Shown: positions 21,593-32,988 of the stretch, one piece after another
How the letters are laid out: each line of letters opens with the position of its first letter
Position numbering within the stretch: position 1 is the stretch's first letter
Assembly: GCA_963705255.1 (NCBI GenBank)
Contig: OY970061.1
Coordinates: 32,001 to 96,000 of the forward strand
Length of the DNA stretch: 64,000 nt
Source of the DNA: an uncultured Methanoregulaceae archaeon
GTDB taxonomy: Archaea > Halobacteriota > Methanomicrobia > Methanomicrobiales > Methanospirillaceae
Reading direction: 5' to 3'
Program-made: the position numbers and the translations under genes
The notes under the pieces: model-generated
The model's database searches: none
Told to the model about the DNA's origin: nothing
The model's input: only the letters and a program-made list of their open reading frames with translations

Positions 21593-24420
21593 TTAGAGCT
21601 GGATCACAGCAGTCTCCTTTCTTTTCCGGATACTCTTCTGGTAATCGAGAATTTTCTGTTCGGGAATCCCGGACCTGGCAGCGAGTTTTGCGGCATCTGC
21701 AGAGAGCAGGGTATCCGCGTCCGTGATATCGGCACGGAAGAGCTTTTCAAGAACGGGCTCGCCCAATCCTCTGACGGCCAGGAGTTCCTTTTTGCCACGT
21801 TCCATCTGGGTTTTCGAGATCTTCTTCGGGACCGGTTTACTGAGGTGCCTGCAGACAAGCTCTACGTGGCGCTGGACCGTGCTCACCGACATGCCGGTCA
21901 GGTCGCTCAGGGCCCCGGGGGAGTGGACACAGAATGCTTCCGGGTCGATGATCCCTGCGGCGAGATATTTTTTCAGGCTGACGGCAGGGATACCGATCTC
22001 CCTGAGCACCTGGCCATGGTATACGGTCTTAGCCCGGGTGAGGAGTTGCTCCGCTTCATTCTCCCCGATCCCCGCTCTCGTGAGTGTTGCGATGTCAACC
22101 CTCGCGAGACCGGAGAGTTCGGAGATGCCGGATTCCTTGAGGGCAGAAAGGATTTTTGAATGGCTGCGTCCTTTCCTTGGGATCAGGTTATCGCGCATGA
22201 ACTTCCGGCACTCTGACCGCTTTCGCAGCCTTTCCAGCACACGCCCTGCTTCATGAACAAGCAGGCTGGCCTGGCCGCTGTCGAGTTCCAGTCTCCTTGC
22301 AAGTACCTCAGGTGTGCTATGCGCCAGTTCTGCCACGGAATAGATATGGTGGGACTGGATCTTTTTTGCCAGGGCTTCGTCCATGGACGGGATTTCGGCG
22401 AGCGATTCGAGGTTGGACTCGATATGATGACAGAGCGGACAGCCGATCTCCCACGGGCGGCCCCCTTCCGCACAAGCCGGACATACTTGAGATGGTGTTG
22501 TTCGCACACTTCGTCGGTCCGGACTGCAAACCCCCACTGGGCCATCGGGAGCCCGATGTTGAACGAGCAGTCCGGGTACCGGGAACACCCGATGAACTGG
22601 GTGTTGCCCCGGAGGTGCTTGATAGCCAGGGTTCCTCCGCAGGCGGGACACTTCCCCAGGTTCATCTCTTCTGCCGTCTTCCCCCGTATATCCTCGCCGA
22701 TCACCTGTTCGTTCGCCTCGAGCTGGTCGAAAGCATGGTGGAGCATCTCCCGGGATTCCCTGACCACGTCTTCCCGGGTCCGTTTGCTCTCCTTGATCTG
22801 CTGCATGTGCGCTTCCAGCGTCTGGGTCATGCCTGGCCGGGTGATCGTATCGGCATGCTGCTCGAGCGATTCCGTCACTACCCTGCCGACCAGCGTCGGG
22901 CGCAGGGGGTTGCCCTCGACATATTTCCGGGAGACCAGTTTTGCGATCACTTCGTGCCGGGTGCTTTTTGTCCCGAGACCGAGTTCTTCCATCCTCTGGA
23001 TGAGTTTGCTCTGCGTGTAGCGTGCGGGTGGCTGGGTCTCCTTCTCATCAAGGGTGACTTTCTTCACCGGGAGGTGCTCGCCCGTTTCGAACGCGGGCAG
23101 GACCACTTCTTTTGCCTCGCTGAACGGGTACACCCTGTGCCAGCCCGTTTCGAGGAGTTGTCCCCCGGTCGTGGTATATTCCTCGCCGCCTGCAGAGAAG
23201 AGGATCTTCAGTGTCTTCCACTGTGCATCGGGCGAGAGCGTCGCGAGGAACCGGCGGAGCACAAGCTCGTAGATCCGGAACCCGTCCTCTCCGAGTGCTT
23301 CGCGGGTTGCCCCGCCGGTCGGGTGGATAGGCGGGTGGTCCGTGGAGGACTTCTTACCCCGGGTAGGGACTGCCCTCCGGTGTGTCATCACCCATTCCAC
23401 GTCTTGCTGGAAGGATGAATTCCGAATGGTCTTCAGGATCTCATCGAGGTCCAGGGAATCCGGGTATACGGTATTGTCGGTCCTCGGGTACGAGATGAAA
23501 CCGTTCATGTACAGGTCTTCGGCAATCCGCATCGCATTTGCCGCGGATAACCCGAGCCGCGCTGCTGCAACGATATAGGCCGTCGTGTCAAAGGGTGACG
23601 GGGCCCGGTCCTGCTTGGTGCCGGTCCTGACATCCGTTACGACGAGCGGGGCCTTTGTCCGGTCCCGGGCAGCAACTGCCGCCGCCTTTTCATGGAACCT
23701 GCCTCTGGTGTGCCGGGCCTCAATAGTCTCCGCGGACTTCTCGGTAGTGCAGGACACCTGCCAGTACTTTTCCGGGACGAATGCCTCGATCTCTTTCTCC
23801 CGGTCCACAATCATGCCAAGTGTCGGGCTCTGCACCCGTCCCACGGAGAGGATGTTCTGGCCGCCCCTCCGTGCAGCAAGGGAGATGAACCGGGTGAGGG
23901 ACGCCCCCCACATCAGGTCGATGGACTGCCGCGCCTCCCCGGCTGCGGCAAGGGCAAAATCGAGTTCGGTTGTATGGGAGAATGCATGTTTCAATTCACC
24001 GGGAGTGATAGCAGAGAAGCGGGCCCGGTCGATCCCGACGTTCTTGTTGGCTGCCCGGACGAGTTCGTAAGCTTCCTTGCCGATCAGTTCCCCTTCGGTA
24101 TCGAAGTCGGTGGCGATCGTGACCCGGTCCGCCTGCCTGGCCAGCTTCTGGAGGAGGGAGACGATCTTCTTCTCGGTCGGGATCTTGATGGTCCTGGCAT
24201 CGATCAGGCTCCGCGGGGTATACTGCTCGCTCCTCCAGTTCTTGTACCCCGGTTCGAAATCGATCTCCACCACGTGCCCCCGGAGCCCGACCGTGGTTGT
24301 ATCCCCGAAACTGTACGTCGACACCCCGCCGTCCCTGTGTTCGGTGACTTTCTTTCCTTCGCTGAGTATCTGTGCAATGCGGCGTGCTGAAATGTTCTTT
24401 TCGGCAACAATGAGGTGCAC
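21593..24420 (-). CDS. topA: DNA topoisomerase I (type IA) with Zn ribbon and C-terminal HhH-like repeats (frameshift ~22455)
   Basis: AEKN, ATDFDTEGE, SVGRVQSP, ISYPRTD, GLGTKSTR and C4 ribbon. Reading continues as RPWEIGCPLC in the 21593 ORF. Confidence 0.93.
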
Positions 24421-24425
24421 GGCAG

Positions 24426-25875
24426 TTACGCCTCCCGGTCCTTGAGCGATTCGGTGAGCAGCCGGTTCAGTTCGCCCGGGTCGGCTTTGCCCCGGGTCTT
24501 TTTCATGACCTGCCCCACGAGGAAGTTGAGCGCCCCGCCCTTTCCGGCCCGGTAGTCGTCTATCGCCTTCGGGTTCTCCGCTATCGCTTCCCGGATGGCT
24601 GAAGCGATGGCGCCGGTGTCCCCGGCAGTCTTTGCAAGGTTCAGGCGCCCGACGATATCTTCAGGAGTTTCACATGCCTCTTTCCTGAACCGCTGGTCGA
24701 GCATGAGCCGCAGGACCTCGACCCCGCTCTTGTCGGTAATCGTGCCCTCCTTCAGGAGAAGGACCAGCATGGTGAAACTCCCGGGGTCGACGGGATCGAA
24801 GCTCATGTCCCGGTAATTCAGCTCGCCGATGAGGGTGTCGGCTATCCACGTGGCGGCAAGCGCGGAGAGCCCTTTGGGATCGGCAGCGACCACTTCTTCA
24901 AAGAAGTTTGCCAGTCTGAGCTCGCCGGTCAGCGTCCGTGCGTGACTCGGGGAGCAGCCGGTCCTGCACCATGAACCGCTCCCTTCGCGCATCGGGCAGC
25001 TCCGGAAGGACAATCCCGTCCACCCATGACCGGACATGGAGCGGTCGGAGGTCGGGTTCCGGGAAGTACCGGTAGTCGTGCTCCAGCTCCTTGCTCCGGG
25101 CGGACTGGGTGACGCCCCGCGCTTCGAGGAAGTGCCGGGTCTCCCTCTCTACGTTCTGCCCGCGACGGAGCAGGTTCTTCTGGCGGGTGATCTCGAAAGT
25201 AAGCGCCTTTTCAACCCCCTTGTAGGATGTAATGTTCTTGACCTCCACGCGCGCGCTTCCCCGAATCGAGATGTTGGCGTCGACCCGCAGCGAGCCCTCC
25301 TTCTCGGAATCAAAGACGCTGAGGTATTCGAGCGTGGCGCGAAGCTTGTTGAGGAACTTCCGCGCCTCCTTCGGCGATCGCAGGTCCGGCTCGCTCACGA
25401 TCTCGATCAGGGGGATACCGGAACGGTTGTAGTCCACCAGCGAATATTTTCCCCGTTCAGTATTTCCCATGTGCACGAGCCTCCCCGGGTCTTCCTCCAC
25501 GTGGATGCGCGTGATCCGGATGCGGCGCTCGCCGCCTTCGTCGCTGTCGATCTCAAGGTACCCCCCTTCCGCGAGCGGCTTGTCGTACTGGGTGATCTGG
25601 TACGCCTTGTCGAGGTCAGGGTAGAAGTAGTTCTTCCGCGCGAACTCGGATTCGTCGAGCACTGCACAGTTTAAGGCCTTTGCGACCCGCATCGCGAACC
25701 CGATTGCCCTCCTGTTGAGGACCGGCATCGCGCCGGGCAGCCCGAGACAGATCGGGCAGACATGGGTATTGGGGCCGTCGGCACGGTAATCGGTCGAGCA
25801 GCCGCAGAAGAGTTTGCTCTTCGTATCGAGCTGGCAGTGGACCTCGAGGCCGACGATAACGTCTCCTTCCGCCAT
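24426..25875 (-). CDS. gatB: Asp/Glu-tRNA amidotransferase subunit B (frameshift ~24960)
   Basis: [26 protein letters not shown]. The Yqey-like tail FLVGQVMK lies in a second frame. Confidence 0.94.
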
Positions 25876-25876
25876 A

Positions 25877-27178
25877 TCAGGTCACCGCCTGCTCGTATGC
25901 ATACGCGACATCGATGACACGCTCGTCGTCAAACTGCCTGCCCATGATCTGGAGACCGACCGGCATCGCCCCGGCCCTGCCGCAGGGGACCGAGATGGAA
26001 GGGATGCCGGCAAGGTTTGCCGGCACGGTGAGGATGTCCGCGAGATACATGGAGAGCGGGTCGCTCTTCTCTCCCAGCCGGAAAGCGACCGTGGGCATGG
26101 TCGGGCCTGCTATCACGTCCACTTCTGAAAAGATGCGCTCAAAGTCTTTTCTCACGTTCTCGCGGGCGACCTGCGCCTTTGCATAATATTTCCCGTAGTA
26201 CCCGCTGGACAGGGCAAACGTACCGAGCATGATCCGCCGGCGCACCTCGGTGCCGAACGCGGCGGCCCGCACTTCCTGGTACGCATCGTGCCAGGACTTT
26301 TTCGTGTCCGCGGCAGGTCCGTACCGGACGCCATCGAACCGGGCGAGGTTGGAACTCGCCTCGCAGGTACAGGTCACGTAATAGGCGGCCAGCGCGTACT
26401 CCATAGAAGGGATGCTGCAGGGAACGGTGGCTGCACCGAGTTCTTCCAGTTTGGCGATGGCGGATCGTACCACGGCCGCTACGGCGGGGTCGACCCCGGC
26501 GCCAAAATACTCCTGCGGGATGCCGATCTTCAGGCCCCTGATGTCTGCTCTTGGCGTGTGGGTATAGGGCTTGTCGTGGGAAGTCGAGTCATGCCGGTCG
26601 TAGCCTGCGATGACCCCCATCAGAGTCGAGACATCGCTGACGGTCTTGCCCATGGGGCCGATCTGTTCAAGCGAGTTCGCGTACGCGATCAGGCCGTAAC
26701 GCGAGACCCGGCCGTAACTTGGCTTCAGGCCGACGATACCGCAGAACGCGGCCGGGCAGCGGATCGAGCCCCCGGTATCGGTCCCGAGTGCCATTTGCAC
26801 CATGCCGCTCGCGATCGCCGCAGCGCTCCCGCCGCTGGAGCCCCCCGGGACGCGGCCGGTATCGCAGGGGTTGAGGGTGGGACCGAACGCCGAGTTCTCG
26901 GTTGTTGTCCCCATCCCGAACTCGTCCATGTTGGTCTTGCCCACAATTGCGGCTCCGGAGCTTTTCAGGAGTTCAACAACCCGGGCGTCATAGGGTGGGA
27001 CATACCCTTTGAGGATCTTTGAAGCGCAGGTGGTCTCAATCCCCCGGGTGGAGATATTGTCTTTGACCGCGACCGCGATACCGGAGAGTTTCCCGTTCCC
27101 GTGAGGCGCGTGGTTACATACCGTGAGGAAAGCGTTGTACCGGTCGTCAGGTTCGAACAGGATCGTGCCGGAACTCAC
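25877..27178 (-). CDS. gatA: Amidotransferase subunit A
   Basis: Amidase signature [27 protein letters not shown]; GTG start. Confidence 0.95.
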   Translation of the reverse strand: MSSGTILFEPDDRYNAFLTVCNHAPHGNGKLSGIAVAVKDNISTRGIETTCASKILKGYVPPYDARVVELLKSSGAAIVGKTNMDEFGMGTTTENSAFGPTLNPCDTGRVPGGSSGGSAAAIASGMVQMALGTDTGGSIRCPAAFCGIVGLKPSYGRVSRYGLIAYANSLEQIGPMGKTVSDVSTLMGVIAGYDRHDSTSHDKPYTHTPRADIRGLKIGIPQEYFGAGVDPAVAAVVRSAIAKLEELGAATVPCSIPSMEYALAAYYVTCTCEASSNLARFDGVRYGPAADTKKSWHDAYQEVRAAAFGTEVRRRIMLGTFALSSGYYGKYYAKAQVARENVRKDFERIFSEVDVIAGPTMPTVAFRLGEKSDPLSMYLADILTVPANLAGIPSISVPCGRAGAMPVGLQIMGRQFDDERVIDVAYAYEQAVT

Positions 27179-27447
27179 TACATCACCCGCGGCGCCCTGA
27201 TGAACCCCTCTTCCTGTGCCGGTGCATTGCGCAGCACCTCTTCCTGAGAGAGGGATGGCTCGACCTCGTCCTCGCGCATGATATTGTAGAGATCGCGCGT
27301 AACCGCCGCATCCCCCTGGACACGGTCGAGGATATCGAAATATTCGAGGATTGCGTTGAACTGGTGAGTAAAGGGGCCCAGTTCGCCCGGGCTGATGCCG
27401 ACATCGGCCAGCTCCGCGATATGGTGTACGTCTTTTTCAGTGACCAT
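27178..27447 (-). CDS. gatC: Amidotransferase subunit C
   Basis: HIAELA, MREDE, NAP....FIRAPRV; position in the gatCAB cluster. Confidence 0.92.
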   Translation of the reverse strand: MVTEKDVHHIAELADVGISPGELGPFTHQFNAILEYFDILDRVQGDAAVTRDLYNIMREDEVEPSLSQEEVLRNAPAQEEGFIRAPRVM

Positions 27448-28465
27448 GGTCCACCCTGATGATGTGGCCTATGTAATCTTGCACGGACGATTTATATCCA
27501 TTTTTACTGGCAAGCTTCTGGAGCACTCTCCATACGCCGCTCCCGTATTGCATCGCTTTCTTCTCTTTCCATGCGAGATCCCGGGAAATGTAGCGTTCTG
27601 CGACCGTCCTGAGCGGGATCTTACGCCGGCCGTGCTGCACTTTTTCTTCTGCGGGGATCTGCTGTGCAGCGCGCACCACCCGCAGGTCAAGGTAGGGCAT
27701 GGAAAGGTACGTGCTGTGGAGGGCGGCGACCGACTGGTCACGCGCCGCCTGCTGCCCGAGGCCGGCAAAGTCCCGGGCCAGGTCGGATTCGAGCGTGGTG
27801 GTCTCCAGGTAGCGGGAGTATCCCCCGAAGAGTTCGTCGGCACCCTGCCCCGTGATGATGCGCTCGTGACCGTGTTCCCCGGCCCAGCGTGCGATGAAGT
27901 ACTGGGTGAGCGCGATGCCGGTATTGACCGGGTCTGTGTCCGGAATTGTCCTGACAACCTCAGGAAGTGCTGCTGCTATTTCTTCCTGGGTTATCGTGAC
28001 GAACGTGCAGGAGAGCCCGAGCATATCGGCAGCCCGCCGCGCCTGGACGAGGTCGTGGGAGCCCCCGACTCCGACCGCAACGCATTCGCGTTGTGCCAGG
28101 AACGCGACGAGCGTCGAGTCCACGCCGCCCGAGAACGCAACCACTCCCTCGTCCGAACGCAGGCTTACCGCGGTGACGATCGCTGCATCCAGGGACATAT
28201 CAGGAACTTCAGGTTTGATGACTCCCCTCACCTCGCCATTGCAGACCATGGTCCCTTTCCGGCAGTCACCCTGCATGATGCCGAGATGGTCGCGTGCACG
28301 GCACCCGTCCCAGGAGAGGAAGAACTCGCCCCCGAACCTGAGGATATCGGACGGGTGGTCCCTGATAATGTGTTCAATTTCGGGAAGGGTGAGGCGGTGC
28401 CCGTCGAGTTCGACCCACCCGGCAAGTTCAGGTCTGTTCAGGGGTACATCACACGGTGCTACCAT
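27437..28465 (-). CDS. Asparagine synthetase C-terminal domain protein
   Basis: FSGGVDS PP-loop, TGQGADELFGGY, KKAMQYGSG; no complete glutaminase domain. Confidence 0.85.
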   Translation of the reverse strand: MVAPCDVPLNRPELAGWVELDGHRLTLPEIEHIIRDHPSDILRFGGEFFLSWDGCRARDHLGIMQGDCRKGTMVCNGEVRGVIKPEVPDMSLDAAIVTAVSLRSDEGVVAFSGGVDSTLVAFLAQRECVAVGVGGSHDLVQARRAADMLGLSCTFVTITQEEIAAALPEVVRTIPDTDPVNTGIALTQYFIARWAGEHGHERIITGQGADELFGGYSRYLETTTLESDLARDFAGLGQQAARDQSVAALHSTYLSMPYLDLRVVRAAQQIPAEEKVQHGRRKIPLRTVAERYISRDLAWKEKKAMQYGSGVWRVLQKLASKNGYKSSVQDYIGHIIRVDHGH

Positions 28466-28778
28466 TCACACTCAGTACCCCGGCATTCTCATTAAACATA
28501 TTGTTCAGGCCCTGCGGCAGGACGTGGAGGTTCCGGCCCAGGTATCTCCGGTGGCGCTGGCCGCAGCGCCCGGAGATACCGTACGGAAAAACGTGGGGTG
28601 GAGGCGGGGAGCCCTGATTGAATGCCAGACCCTCGGTTGTATGATATCAATAGCAACGGATGAAATGGTTTCCCAAAACAGAATCAAAGAGTCAAGAAAG
28701 AGCTGCAATCTTTTTTTGTAACAAGGTTAAAAAAAAGGTGCAAGCTTTTTTTGTAGTCTCCGGTCAATACTGTAGAGC

Positions 28779-28824
28779 GCGAGGGCAGCCAGGCCGGCCA
28801 ACGGCGCTGGACTTAAGACCTCGT
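28779..28824 (+). pseudogene. Truncated tRNA-Leu(TAA) copy (5' half plus acceptor-like 3' strand)
   Basis: GCGAGGG-CA-GCC..GGC-G-CTGGA-CTTAAGA followed by CCTCGT; no variable or T arm. Confidence 0.65.
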
Positions 28825-28849
28825 CGTGATAATTGGTATAAGGGTTAAT

Positions 28850-28933
28850 GCGAGGGTAGGAAAGCCGGCCAACTCCGCCGGACTTAAGATCCGGTCCTGC
28901 AGAGGTTCATGCGTTCAAATCGCATCCCTCGCA
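28850..28933 (+). tRNA. tRNA-Leu(TAA)
   Basis: Acceptor GCGAGGG/CCCTCGC, anticodon stem CCGGA/TCCGG, TAA at 28885-28887, variable arm, T arm ATGCG-TTCAAAT-CGCAT, discriminator A. Confidence 0.92.
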
Positions 28934-28947
28934 TCTTTGCCCGGAGA

Positions 28948-29271
28948 TCAGCCGGGTTTACTCTCACCGGGCTTTGGTTCTTCTCCTGCTTTCTTCCCGG
29001 CTGCGACCACATTCTTCTGGGGATGTTTCTTCTGGTGAAGCCCCGCACGACGTTCCGCTTCCTGGCGGGCTTTCTGCCTGTCCCGGAACCCGGTGAAGAG
29101 GATCCGGACACCATCGATGTCGTCCTTGAGATATGCCGCCTCACGGTATTCGATGAGCATGATCTGTCCGTCCGGGCCGAAGTGGCGCTCTTCACTCGTG
29201 CCGGCCATATACCGTTCCCGCTGCTCTTTGGTCGGGGCCGCATACCTGTTCTCGTACCGGAAAACACCCAT
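28948..29271 (-). CDS. Hypothetical protein
   Basis: 107-aa ORF with protein-like composition and a GGGGG RBS-like run. Confidence 0.65.
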   Translation of the reverse strand: MGVFRYENRYAAPTKEQRERYMAGTSEERHFGPDGQIMLIEYREAAYLKDDIDGVRILFTGFRDRQKARQEAERRAGLHQKKHPQKNVVAAGKKAGEEPKPGESKPG

Positions 29272-29404
29272 TGAGATCCCCCGCGTTACATGATGATATC
29301 ATTACGGCATGATAAACTGCCGGGTGCCCGGTGCCACCTCCCGTGGCGGGATGTTGACCGCTGAGGAAAAGAGTCCGGGGATTGAAATTTCCTTCTGTAC
29401 AGGT

Positions 29405-30820
29405 TCATGACGATTTTCCGGTAAACCCGTACGCACCCTGCGGCACCAGGATCTCGAATCGTGCGCCCTTTCCCGGAATACCATTCTCCCTTACCGTAAT
29501 CCCGGTGATGGAGAGGATCTCCCGGATCAGGAACAGCCCGAGCCCGGTATTCTCCCCGAACCCCCGCTCAAATATCCGGTCCTTGAATTCCGCCGGTATT
29601 CCGGTTCCGTCGTCCTCCCAGGTGAGGACGAGCCCGGACACGGTCTCCTCTGCGCTCACCGATATCTTCGTTACATGCTTTCCATGACGGATAGAATTGT
29701 CCAGGAGGTTCTCGAAAACTTTCCCCAGCATGGGATCGGCAAATATCTTCAGGCCCTCAGTTCCGGCATCGATGCGGACAGGCCCGGCATGCAGTCTGCC
29801 GATCAGGGACGTGATATCCTGCCATTGCGGGGCTGTGCGTCCAAGGTTCTGGTATGAGCGGGTGAACTCGATCTGTTCATTCAGATCGTCTACGATGCTG
29901 CGGATCTTGTCAACATACCCCTTGAGTGCGGGGTCGTGGAGATTCTCTTCCAGGAGAATCAGGTAGGTCAGGATAGCAGTGATCTTGTTGCGGGCATCAT
30001 GCTGGCTGATGGAGTTCAGGAGGGAGAGCTTCCGGTTGACCTGTTCAAGCAGGTACTGTGACCGTTTCTGCTCGGTAATATCATGGGCAATCCCCAGCGT
30101 CCCGAGGACCTCATTCTTCTCATTATGGAGCGGTTCGATATATGATACGAACGACCGGCCATGGTATTGGGATTCGAAGGTTGCCTTTTCACCCTGCAAT
30201 GCGCGCTGGTGAGCCGAAACCGCGGCCTCTCTCTCCGGCTGCCCCTCATAGAATTCGCCGACAGTCAGGCCGACAATCTGGCCTGGTTCCAGACCCCACC
30301 TCTTTCAGGCCGGAGCGGCTGAGCTGGTGTACCGGAGATCGCGGTCCGTCGACCAGATCGAGCAGGGCAGCTGTTCCAGGAGAAAGCGGTACCGCCGGGT
30401 GATCTCGGTTGCAACCGTTTCTTCCTGTTTCTGCCGGGTGATATCCGTAGCGATATGAACAAACCGGGTCACGGACCCTGTTGCATCACGGACCGGGGTA
30501 CATACGACAAGGAAGATCTTCCCACCGATCAGTATCTCCCGTTTCTTGGGATGGGTGGTGCCTTCCGCCGTACCCGCTTCCATGGGGCACTCCGGCACCG
30601 GAGTATGGGAATCATGAAACAGCTCGTAGCATTTTTTCCCGATGATATCCTTTTCCGGGATATGGAGCAGATCGGCTGTTGCACGGTTCAACGCAAGGAT
30701 CCGGTGGTGCAGATCCAGAATCATTGAGGGATGGGGTAATGCAGTGATCATCTCCTCCCAGTCCAGGCATGCAGCAGATGCATCTCCTGGCTGCCCCTCG
30801 TTTCCCGGTATCTTTCCCAC
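29405..30820 (-). CDS. PAS-PAS histidine kinase (interrupted by an apparent stop at 30305-30307)
   Basis: Two same-frame ORFs: PAS with CYELFH..CP, then PAS/PAC, QHDARN and HATPase. Two compensating indels would restore AGSGLKEVGLEPG. Confidence 0.8.
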
Positions 30821-31082
30821 GGTTCTCCCCCCGGACCTTTTTCCGGAACTCCTGTTGTATTTATGGAAAATTGCCTGATACCGTTAAATTTGTTTTTATA
30901 CGGTCACCGGAAAGACGAAGGAATACGCGGCTTCAGGTTTGCGTGAGAACCGGTACGCTTCTCCGGGCACAGCAATTCCGGACCGCGCGCCTTTCCCGGG
31001 ATACACTTCACCGTAACCGTCAACCTGGCTATGGAAAGGATCTCCCGCATGGGGAACAGTCCATGCCATTTCCCCCCAATCC

Positions 31083-31442
31083 CTACTCAAATTCCAGCAG
31101 CACCCGGATCTTCCGCTCGATATGGCCGGACATCTGGTACCATCCGTCCTGGCAGCGATCACCGGTCATGGTGCGGATCGCGTCTTCCAGTTCAAGGTCG
31201 GAGATGCCATGGTTTTCGTGGTCCAGTACCTCTTCCCAGCAGTCATTCCCGGGTCTGGCAGGGATCCTGCACAGGGACGGCATTGCATCCAGGACCCGGA
31301 TGAAATAGTAGTTACTGCCGACAAGGGACCGGCGGTCATCTTCCAGTCGTTCAAAGAGGAGTCTCTGCTCTTCTTCGCCGCCTTTCCCCGTCCTCTCCCG
31401 GAGCACGACCCAGCAGGATCTTTCCACATTAATGTAGCCCAT
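31083..31442 (-). CDS. Hypothetical protein
   Basis: 119-aa ORF with a GAGG RBS-like site. Confidence 0.55.
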   Translation of the reverse strand: MGYINVERSCWVVLRERTGKGGEEEQRLLFERLEDDRRSLVGSNYYFIRVLDAMPSLCRIPARPGNDCWEEVLDHENHGISDLELEDAIRTMTGDRCQDGWYQMSGHIERKIRVLLEFE

Positions 31443-31716
31443 CGGCCCTGCCTCACAACACCCTTAACCGGAACCCTCTTTATCCCTGCGTTCCGGCCCG
31501 CATTTGCTTTTCAGGAAGGAATTTGTCCCTGACTCTCCCTGTCCGGATTTTTCCCGTCTGATACGCTTGGGTTCCGGGTTCCGGAAGATGATTCTTGTTC
31601 CGCTGGCAGTGTAATGAGAAAACACCTTCCCGTGAATGGAGGGTAGTCAGTGTCCGGCAGCATATATTTTTGGTCATATGCATTTCCGGCAGGATCGCCA
31701 GACCCCGTGTCCCGGC

Positions 31717-31956
31717 TCAATTACCGGATGCGTCTTTACTACCATCATCCGTATCGATGATCTCCGCAACCCGTCCGACCCGGCCATCGGTGAGCCGGAC
31801 CTTGATCCCGTGCGGGTGGAACGCGGATCTGGTCAGGATTTCCCTGACGATCCCCCGTGTCCTGTTGCCGCTGCGCTGGTCTGCTTTCTGGATGATCTCT
31901 ACGGTCAGGCCGGGCCGTACTTCTGCCCGCTGCTGCGACTTCCGGTCTCCGTTCAT
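31717..31956 (-). CDS. YwbE/DUF2196 family protein
   Basis: PGLTVEI..KADQRSG..TRG.V.EILT.S..HPHGIKVRL.DGRVGRV. Confidence 0.88.
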   Translation of the reverse strand: MNGDRKSQQRAEVRPGLTVEIIQKADQRSGNRTRGIVREILTRSAFHPHGIKVRLTDGRVGRVAEIIDTDDGSKDASGN

Positions 31957-32035
31957 GGTCGTGAAAAAATGCGGTTATTTCCAATGTTGTCCCGTCTCGG
32001 CCGGGGATGATGGTTCCGGGCCCTGCCACAAAAAA

Positions 32036-32785
32036 TCACGGGGGAAGGACGGGGTTGTCGTACGCGCCCATACCCTCTTCGAGATATCCCTGTGCGACTG
32101 CCCACCCGTGCTGCTGGCCATGCATCGTGACGCTGATATCCGTCTGGAACTCATTCGACTCCGGCCCGGATATCTTCCAGCTGTTCGTGCCGGTAAGCGC
32201 CGATTTGATGATCACGGTTGCATTCGGGTCTGTCTGGTAATCGGCATAGAGTGCTGTGTCGTAGGTGAAACATTCCTGCCCGGGTGAACCCTGAACCGTC
32301 CCCATATTCCCGGTGCAGCTCGCGTTCATGAGATCCTGTACCGGGCGGAAGATCGCGCTCTTTTCGACCGGGTCCCTGGTATCGATGATCGTGCCGGATG
32401 GTACCTGCGTGGAGACTGATATCGTGAACGGATGAGCGGCACTGGTGCCATCAGGAGGGATGATCGAGGCCGCACCGATCTTCACCAGCGTGGCTTTTCC
32501 CGTACCGAAGAGTGTCGTCTTCCAGCTGCCCGGGATCTGCGGGATCTGGTGAGAACTGTACTGTTCCACGATCGGCGAATTACCGGCCCGGTCGTCGGGG
32601 ACCGGAATAAACAGCGTGACATTGTCCAGCCGCGAATCGGTAGTCAGGGTCAGGGTATAGGAATAGGTGCTGGCAAGCGAGTTCCGGTACGCGGTCTCAA
32701 CATAGGCGTTATAGGCAGCTGTCGCAGTGAATGCGACAAGGATGACGATGAACAGGCCAAGAGTGATTTTTATTATCTTATCCAT
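32036..32785 (-). CDS. Membrane-anchored/secreted hypothetical protein
   Basis: N-terminal TM after MDKIIK; beta-rich LDNVTLFIPVP. Confidence 0.75.
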   Translation of the reverse strand: MDKIIKITLGLFIVILVAFTATAAYNAYVETAYRNSLASTYSYTLTLTTDSRLDNVTLFIPVPDDRAGNSPIVEQYSSHQIPQIPGSWKTTLFGTGKATLVKIGAASIIPPDGTSAAHPFTISVSTQVPSGTIIDTRDPVEKSAIFRPVQDLMNASCTGNMGTVQGSPGQECFTYDTALYADYQTDPNATVIIKSALTGTNSWKISGPESNEFQTDISVTMHGQQHGWAVAQGYLEEGMGAYDNPVLPP

Positions 32786-32988
32786 ACGGTCACACAACCC
32801 CCGGCGCATGAACGCGTAGTTCCCCGTTACCGGGTCTCCGTGTCCTGTCCTGCCGGATGAGATGATGAAGTATTGACTGGAGCAGATTGAAAACCTGTCG
32901 ATGGCGTACCCCATAAAGACCTTCGGATCGGTATCGCCTGGTGCAGGGCTGACCATGCCTTTATGCCTTTTTGAGAAAAGTGAATAGT

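Noticed and set aside
22440-24970. Programmed frameshifting in topA/gatB
   Set aside because: No slippery heptamer or stimulatory structure seen; indels are window-wide.
28779-28933. Single intron-containing or split tRNA
   Set aside because: No convincing bulge-helix-bulge; the downstream gene is complete by itself.
30305-30307. In-frame TGA as selenocysteine or readthrough
   Set aside because: Not a Cys-type position; two compensating indels give a better PAS consensus (GSGLKEVGLEPG).
30896-31162. Small ORF overlapping the 31083 ORF
   Set aside because: No motif or clear start signal; cannot be supported.
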